DNA of 64,000 nucleotides from Candidatus Dormiibacterota bacterium (lineage in GTDB: Bacteria; Chloroflexota; Dormibacteria; Aeolococcales; Aeolococcaceae), in NCBI GenBank assembly GCA_963718525.1, contig OY970355.1:3272190-3336189 (forward strand), read 5' to 3'. This document shows positions 58,983 to 64,000 of this stretch, one piece after another (the stretch's first letter is position 1; the number at the start of each line of letters is the position of its first letter). The notes beneath the pieces are model-generated. The model saw only the letters and a list, made by a program, of their open reading frames with translations, made no database searches and was not told the origin of the DNA. Made by a program: the position numbers and the translations under genes.

Positions 58983-59940
58983 GGTCGACGACCTGTCCGT
59001 CTCCTACCTGACCGATGACGCGGAGATCGGTGCGGTGGATCGGGTCAGCCTGGCCGTTCATCCCGGAGAGTTCCTGGGGATCGTCGGCGAGTCCGGCTGT
59101 GGCAAGTCGACCCTGCTGTTCGCCATCGCACAGCTCCTGATGCCGCCTGCCGAGGTCATCTCAGGGCGTGTGGTGTTCAACGGTCAGGATCTGGTGGAGC
59201 TCACCGAGGGTGAACTCCGTCATGTGCGCTGGCGCGACTATTCCGTGGTGATGCAGAGCGCCATGAACGCGCTCAATCCCATGAAGAGCCTCGCCGCGCA
59301 ATTCAAGGACACCATGCGTGCACACGAGCGCCTGTCTGCAGCCGCAATCCGCACCCGTTCAGAGGAAGTGCTGCGCCTCGTGGGAATTGACTCCGCACAC
59401 CTCAGCAGCTATCCGCATCAGCTGAGCGGTGGGATGCGCCAGCGAGCCATGATCGCGATGGCCCTGCTGTTCACACCGCAGCTGGTGATCATGGATGAGC
59501 CGACGTCCGCGCTCGACGTGGTCGCGCAGCGCTCGCTGATGACCCAGATCAAGGAGCTGCAGCAGCAGTTCGGCTTCGCCGTAATATTCGTCACCCACGA
59601 CATGTCGGTCGTCGCGCACTACTCGGATCGCGTGATGGTCATGTACGCCGGACAGGTGGCGGAGATCGGCGCAACCGATTCGATCTTCGCACGCCCCCTG
59701 CATCCCTACAGCAAGGGGTTGCTCGACGCCTTTCCTTCTGTGCACGGTCCGCGACGCGCGCTGACCGGCATTCCCGGCAGCCCTCCCGACCTCGGCCGGC
59801 CGCCGTCCGGTTGCCGCTTCCATCCTCGCTGCAACGAGGCGATGGCGCAGTGCGTCACCTCCGAGCCTGACCTGTGCGTCGTCGGCGAGACCCAGGTGCG
59901 CTGCCTGCTTTATACCGAACAACTTCGGGATGCCGTCTGA
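58963..59940 (+). CDS. ABC ATP-binding subunit (OppD-like)
   Basis: GESGCGKST, LSGGMRQR, DEPTSALD, GCRFHPRC. Confidence 0.94.
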   Translation: MPRPLLEVDDLSVSYLTDDAEIGAVDRVSLAVHPGEFLGIVGESGCGKSTLLFAIAQLLMPPAEVISGRVVFNGQDLVELTEGELRHVRWRDYSVVMQSAMNALNPMKSLAAQFKDTMRAHERLSAAAIRTRSEEVLRLVGIDSAHLSSYPHQLSGGMRQRAMIAMALLFTPQLVIMDEPTSALDVVAQRSLMTQIKELQQQFGFAVIFVTHDMSVVAHYSDRVMVMYAGQVAEIGATDSIFARPLHPYSKGLLDAFPSVHGPRRALTGIPGSPPDLGRPPSGCRFHPRCNEAMAQCVTSEPDLCVVGETQVRCLLYTEQLRDAV

Positions 59941-59945
59941 GCGAG

Positions 59946-61001
59946 ATGAGCCATCCAACGAGGGTCGCCGAAACCAACGGCGCAGCAGCACTGCTGCAGA
60001 CCAGAGGCCTCACCAGGCATTTCCGGCTCGGTGGGTTGCTCTCACGGCGGATGCTCCACGCAGTCGACGATCTCGACCTGACCATCCACGAGCGAGAGAT
60101 CGTGGCCCTGGTCGGCGAAAGCGGCAGCGGCAAGACCACTGTCGCACGTCTCCTGGCAATGATCTACGCACCGACGCGCGGCGAGATCCGCTACAGGGGG
60201 CGCTCGGTCCACGGGCTGCGATCACGCAAGGATCTGCTCTGGTATCGCGGCGAGGTGCCGATGGTCTTCCAGGATCCGTACAGCGCCATGAATCCGGTGT
60301 TTCGCGTTGCCCACGGGGTCATGCGCAATCTCAAGCTCCACCGTCCGGAGCTCGACCGCGCCCGGCGCCGGGAGGAGGCAGAGCGAGTTTTTGACATCGT
60401 CGGCCTCAACCCTGCCGGCGACATGCTCCGCAAGTTTCCCTACGAGATGAGCGGTGGCCAGCGGCAGCGCGTGGGTTTCGCTCAGGCGCTGGCGGTGCGG
60501 CCCAGGCTGATCCTGGCCGATGAACCGGTGTCGATGCTCGACGTGTCGATCCGCGCCGGGATCCTGAACATGATGTCCGGACTTCGAGCCGAGGAGGGTG
60601 CGTCCATCCTCTACATCACGCACGACATCGCGAGCGCCCGCTATGTCGCCGACCGGATCGTCGTCATGTACGCAGGTCACGCCGTCGAGCAGGGGCCGAC
60701 CGATGTGGTGCTGTCCCGACCGAAGCACCCATATACGCAACTCCTGCTTTCCGCTGTCCCGGATCCTCGCGAGAAGGCGGTGCCGGTCTCGGCCGATACC
60801 GGCGAGCCGCCGCAGGTGATCGACCCGGGTGAAGGTTGCCGCTTCCGCCAGCGGTGCCCGTATGCCATCGACCGGTGCGCGACGGTCACCCCTGCGCTCA
60901 GATCGATCGGCCCCGCACACGACGCCGCCTGTCACGTCGCGGAAGCCGAACCCGAAGCGGTGACAGCGGTCCCCGAGCGGCGAGCCGACAGCCGCGTCTG
61001 A
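59946..61001 (+). CDS. ABC ATP-binding subunit (OppF-like)
   Basis: GESGSGKTT, MSGGQRQR, DEPVSMLD, HPYTQLL, GCRFRQRC. Confidence 0.94.
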   Translation: MSHPTRVAETNGAAALLQTRGLTRHFRLGGLLSRRMLHAVDDLDLTIHEREIVALVGESGSGKTTVARLLAMIYAPTRGEIRYRGRSVHGLRSRKDLLWYRGEVPMVFQDPYSAMNPVFRVAHGVMRNLKLHRPELDRARRREEAERVFDIVGLNPAGDMLRKFPYEMSGGQRQRVGFAQALAVRPRLILADEPVSMLDVSIRAGILNMMSGLRAEEGASILYITHDIASARYVADRIVVMYAGHAVEQGPTDVVLSRPKHPYTQLLLSAVPDPREKAVPVSADTGEPPQVIDPGEGCRFRQRCPYAIDRCATVTPALRSIGPAHDAACHVAEAEPEAVTAVPERRADSRV

Positions 61002-61023
61002 GGCCGAGGTCAATGCCGGTCGC

Positions 61024-61579
61024 CTATCTCCCCGTGAGTGCCAGCAGTCTCGATTGCTTCGAGTCGTCTCCCGGATCCTTGGCGGGACCGAACGCCCCGC
61101 CGGATCTCCAGACCTCAGCACTCTGGCACAACTCCTCGTAGCTGAAGTCGACCAGCTCGGGATCAAGGGTCTCGTCTGCGCCGATGGCACGAGCGAGGTC
61201 CCACGCGTGAATCACGCTGTCCACGGCCATCTGCTTCAGGTACTCGGCTCCCGACACGTCACCGAACGAGAGATGGACGTTCCGCGTCATCGAGTCGGGC
61301 GACGCCGAAGCCGCCTGCGCGGTGCGCGCGGCCGTCACCAGCACAGCGAGGGGCTGGTCACCGAGTTGATCACCGTCGAAGCGATCTCCAACCTGCGCGA
61401 CGGTTTTCCCGGCCATCAGTTCCGGGACCCACAGATACTCCCCCGCCACATGGTTGACCAGGGCGCGGACGTTCCACTCGACGCACGGAGTCGTTGCCGA
61501 CCAATCTGCCGCCGTCACCTGTTCGGCGAGTTCGAACAAAACCGTCGCTTGCCCGCCGAAATGCTGTCGCTTCATCCAT
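61024..61579 (-). CDS. TIGR03086/DinB-superfamily protein with apparent +1 frameshift
   Basis: TPCVEWNVRALVNH, IHAWDLARA, LLALTGR; N-terminus MDEATAFRRASDGF is in another frame and joins if one T (61535-61536) is removed. Confidence 0.8.
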
Positions 61580-61646
61580 CGCTCGAGCGTCTCAACCCCG
61601 TTCAACTCCTGCTGATAGTTGTCGGCCTCGACCAGCGACGGCGACG

Positions 61647-61961
61647 CTAGCCGCCCAGGGGCTCGCCAACGTACTCCGCGTAGTTCACGTCGATCCATTC
61701 CGGCTCACCGTCGAGGTACTCGAGCTGCCGGCGGTAGTCCTCGTCGGTGCCCGCCCGGCTGGCGTTTGCCATGTAGCTCTCGCGATCCTTGAAGTGGACG
61801 ATCATTACGATCCGGTCCGGATCCCTGTCCTCCCAGGCCACCTCGTATGAGTGCATGCCCTGGCCGTACGCCTCGGCGCTGGGCACCATCTCGCGCAGCA
61901 CCTTTTCGTACTCCGCTCGACGGCCTGCCTTGACCTTGGCCCGCATGATGGTTCCGTACAC
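61647..61961 (-). CDS. Small ABM/Dabb-like alpha-beta barrel protein
   Basis: MYGTIMRAKVKAG...FKDRESYMANA...LDGEPEW; GGAGG upstream of GTG. Confidence 0.7.
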   Translation of the reverse strand: MYGTIMRAKVKAGRRAEYEKVLREMVPSAEAYGQGMHSYEVAWEDRDPDRIVMIVHFKDRESYMANASRAGTDEDYRRQLEYLDGEPEWIDVNYAEYVGEPLGG

Positions 61962-62366
61962 GCCTCTACCTCCATGTCTGCCCGCGAGGGGCGAAAGCTC
62001 GAGGCGATTATGCCCAGAGTCGGAGGCGTCCACTGGCGATCAGGACCGGGCTGCCATCCTGCGGGGCAGGCCCGAATTTATGGTCGGTGCGTGGCGGGAC
62101 TCGGGGCGACAGAATCCGAACCGCGTCCCAACGGTGCACGGGGAATAGTGCTCGCCATGGGGCTCTGGTCCTCGTGGGGTGGTCCCAACTTCGCACGGCG
62201 ACCCGCGGCCGTCGACCCGACCGGCGGGAGCGTCACGACGATCGATCAGCGCCAGTCGATAGCCGTTCGCGTCTCCCGGAGTGAGGGCTCTCGGGGCGCC
62301 GGACCAATCCGTCGGCGTATCCTTCCACGTCGGACCTACACATCGTTGTCGGTGAGGAAGTGGACG

Positions 62367-63278
62367 ATGGAAACTTCTAGGAAGGCGAAGCAACCCCGCC
62401 AGCTATGGCTCCGGATATGCATGGCGGCGCTTCTGGGGGCGGTCCCCGCTTCCGCGCCGCTGCTCGGCGGAAGCGCCGCCGCCGCTAGCCCACCGCACAT
62501 CATGGTGATCGTCGAGGAGAACCAGGGCTACAAAGACATCATCGGGAGCTCCAAGGCCCCGTATATCAATAGCCTCGCGAGCCAATACGCGTCTGCGACG
62601 CAGTGGTATGGGCTGTCCGACAACAGCCTCGCGGACTACGTGGCGTTGATCTCCGGCGATACTGGTTCGTACAGCAAGCCGACGTTGGTTGGCGAACTTG
62701 CTTCAGCCGGCATCAGTTGGAAGGCTTACATGGAAGACATGCCCTCGGTCTGCTACACCGGCCCGGGCGTGGGGAACTATGAGAAGGTCCACAACCCGTT
62801 CGTCTACTTCAAGAGCATCACCGGTAACCCGGCGCAATGCGACCAGGTCGTACCCTTCGCGGGGAACGGTGGGTTCGCCAGCGATCTCAATGGCAACACG
62901 GCGCCCGACTTCATGTATGTGGTCCCCAACATCTGCCACGACATGCATACCGCCTGTCCAAACGGCAGCAACAAGATCAAGCAGGGCGATCAGTGGCTGC
63001 AGTCGAATCTGCCCACCGTCTTCAACTCGCAGTGGTACGCGGGAGGCGGCATCGTGATCATCACCTGGGATTCCGCCCTGACGTCCGACAAGAGCGGCTG
63101 GAACACGGGCCACGGCGGTCACATCCCCACCATCGTGATTTCGTCGTCGTCCTCCGGTGCATTCAGCACCGGGGGGAACCACTATGGAACGCTTCGGGCG
63201 ATCGAGGAAGCATACGCCGTGGGACTGTTGGGGAATTCGTCGAATGCCGCCAACGGGGATCTGACACCCGCTTTCTGA
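62367..63278 (+). CDS. Secreted phosphoesterase/acid phosphatase family protein
   Basis: Signal peptide, HIMVIVEENQ, SWKAYME, HNPF, PNICHDMH, ITWD, HYGTLRAIE. Confidence 0.85.
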   Translation: METSRKAKQPRQLWLRICMAALLGAVPASAPLLGGSAAAASPPHIMVIVEENQGYKDIIGSSKAPYINSLASQYASATQWYGLSDNSLADYVALISGDTGSYSKPTLVGELASAGISWKAYMEDMPSVCYTGPGVGNYEKVHNPFVYFKSITGNPAQCDQVVPFAGNGGFASDLNGNTAPDFMYVVPNICHDMHTACPNGSNKIKQGDQWLQSNLPTVFNSQWYAGGGIVIITWDSALTSDKSGWNTGHGGHIPTIVISSSSSGAFSTGGNHYGTLRAIEEAYAVGLLGNSSNAANGDLTPAF

Positions 63279-63281
63279 ACT

Positions 63282-63301
63282 GACGCGCTGAAGAGCGCGT
63301 C
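63282..63301. terminator. Hairpin after the phosphoesterase gene
   Basis: GACGCGCT-GAAG-AGCGCGTC perfect stem 3 nt after the stop codon. Confidence 0.45.
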
Positions 63302-63524
63302 CGGGGCGATTGCTCCTCTGTACTGGCCCTGCGGACGACTAGCGGATCGTTCAGCACCAGGGCAAAGGCGCGGTAGGCGTTCATCGGGCGGCCCATTGTG
63401 TCCAGAGGCCGACGCAACGTCTGGCTCCAGCTAAGCTGGGGCGTTCGCAACCCGCCAGCAACTCGGAGCGGTCAGGGTAGGGTCGAAACCACTTCTGGGT
63501 CCGGATTCCGTATTCGCTGCGTAG

Positions 63525-63896
63525 TGGAGGCGCCGGGGATCGAACCCGGGTCCGAAGCCGCGTTCCATGCGACATCTACGAGCGTAGTCCCGGTTTTGAT
63601 CTCGCCGTCGTCGCGCCCTGGGACCAGGCTCGGCGACGGCCAGCCTCGGTGAATGTCCCGCCCGGCGCCGAGGCGCCACCGGGCGGCAAGACTGCTTGCA
63701 TTAACGTCGGGTCCGTCCCCCACAGTCGAGAGAACGGTCGACGTCAGGCCGAAGCCTGAGCTTTTTTCGTCTCTGCTACTTACGCAGCGAGGGCGAGAGG
63801 TGCGTTATTCGCACGTATGTTTTTCCCGGTTTTACGAGCCCGGGGCTCGGCTCGCATTCGCACGACCCACGACCCCGTCGAAACCAGTACGCCCCC
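63525..63896 (-). ncRNA. ssrA: tmRNA
   Basis: 5' GGGGGCG pairs with 3' CGCCTCC-A (G3-U pair), 5' GGTTTCGAC, T-loop GGTTCGATCCC, tag ORF ANNAPLALAA* at 63812-63780. Confidence 0.95.
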
Positions 63897-64000
63897 ATGG
63901 GAACGCAGCGATCCGAGATCAGCGTGCCGGGCAATGATACCGCGTCGTCTGGGGCTGAACACCTCGCCCGACGCGGATGCATGACTTACACACATTTGTC

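Noticed and set aside
63302-63524. Integrated element at the tmRNA 3' end; 10-nt GTCGAAACCA match (63482) to the tmRNA 5' region
   Set aside because: No integrase and no duplicated tmRNA 3' end seen; the match is too short to support.
1-64000. CRISPR arrays, transposases, prophage genes, inteins, selenocysteine readthrough
   Set aside because: No regularly spaced repeats, mobile-element motifs, insertions in polA/dnaE, or in-frame TGA within conserved domains seen by eye.

Overview
High-GC bacterial chromosomal segment, probably from a Terrabacteria lineage (Dormibacterota/Chloroflexota-like, inferred from gene order only). The left and central parts carry housekeeping and DNA-repair genes (cysS, ispF, ispD, PIN-TRAM, radA, uvrB, mutM, polA, dnaE, gatCAB, dnaK, lhr), plus tRNA-Leu(CAA) and, at the right end, tmRNA (tag ANNAPLALAA). 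The strongest candidate for an undescribed system is a divergent amino-sugar oligosaccharide locus at 48.5-61.0 kb. One arm has a secreted GH9, ROK repressor, GH4, BadF-type kinase and SIS deaminase-like protein; the other has a family-5 (Opp/Dpp) ABC transporter. Two CsnR-like AGGAAA-N-TTTCCT-type palindromes sit on the -10 boxes of both promoters, suggesting a chitosan regulon with a GH9 in place of a classical chitosanase. Other observations: three near-identical LexA-type boxes (radA, dnaE, lhr), a pervasive leaderless-promoter signature, a small tRNA-linked islet, four +1 frameshifts, and seven motif-breaking transitions that all fall in CpG dinucleotides. The last two may be sequencing artefacts.
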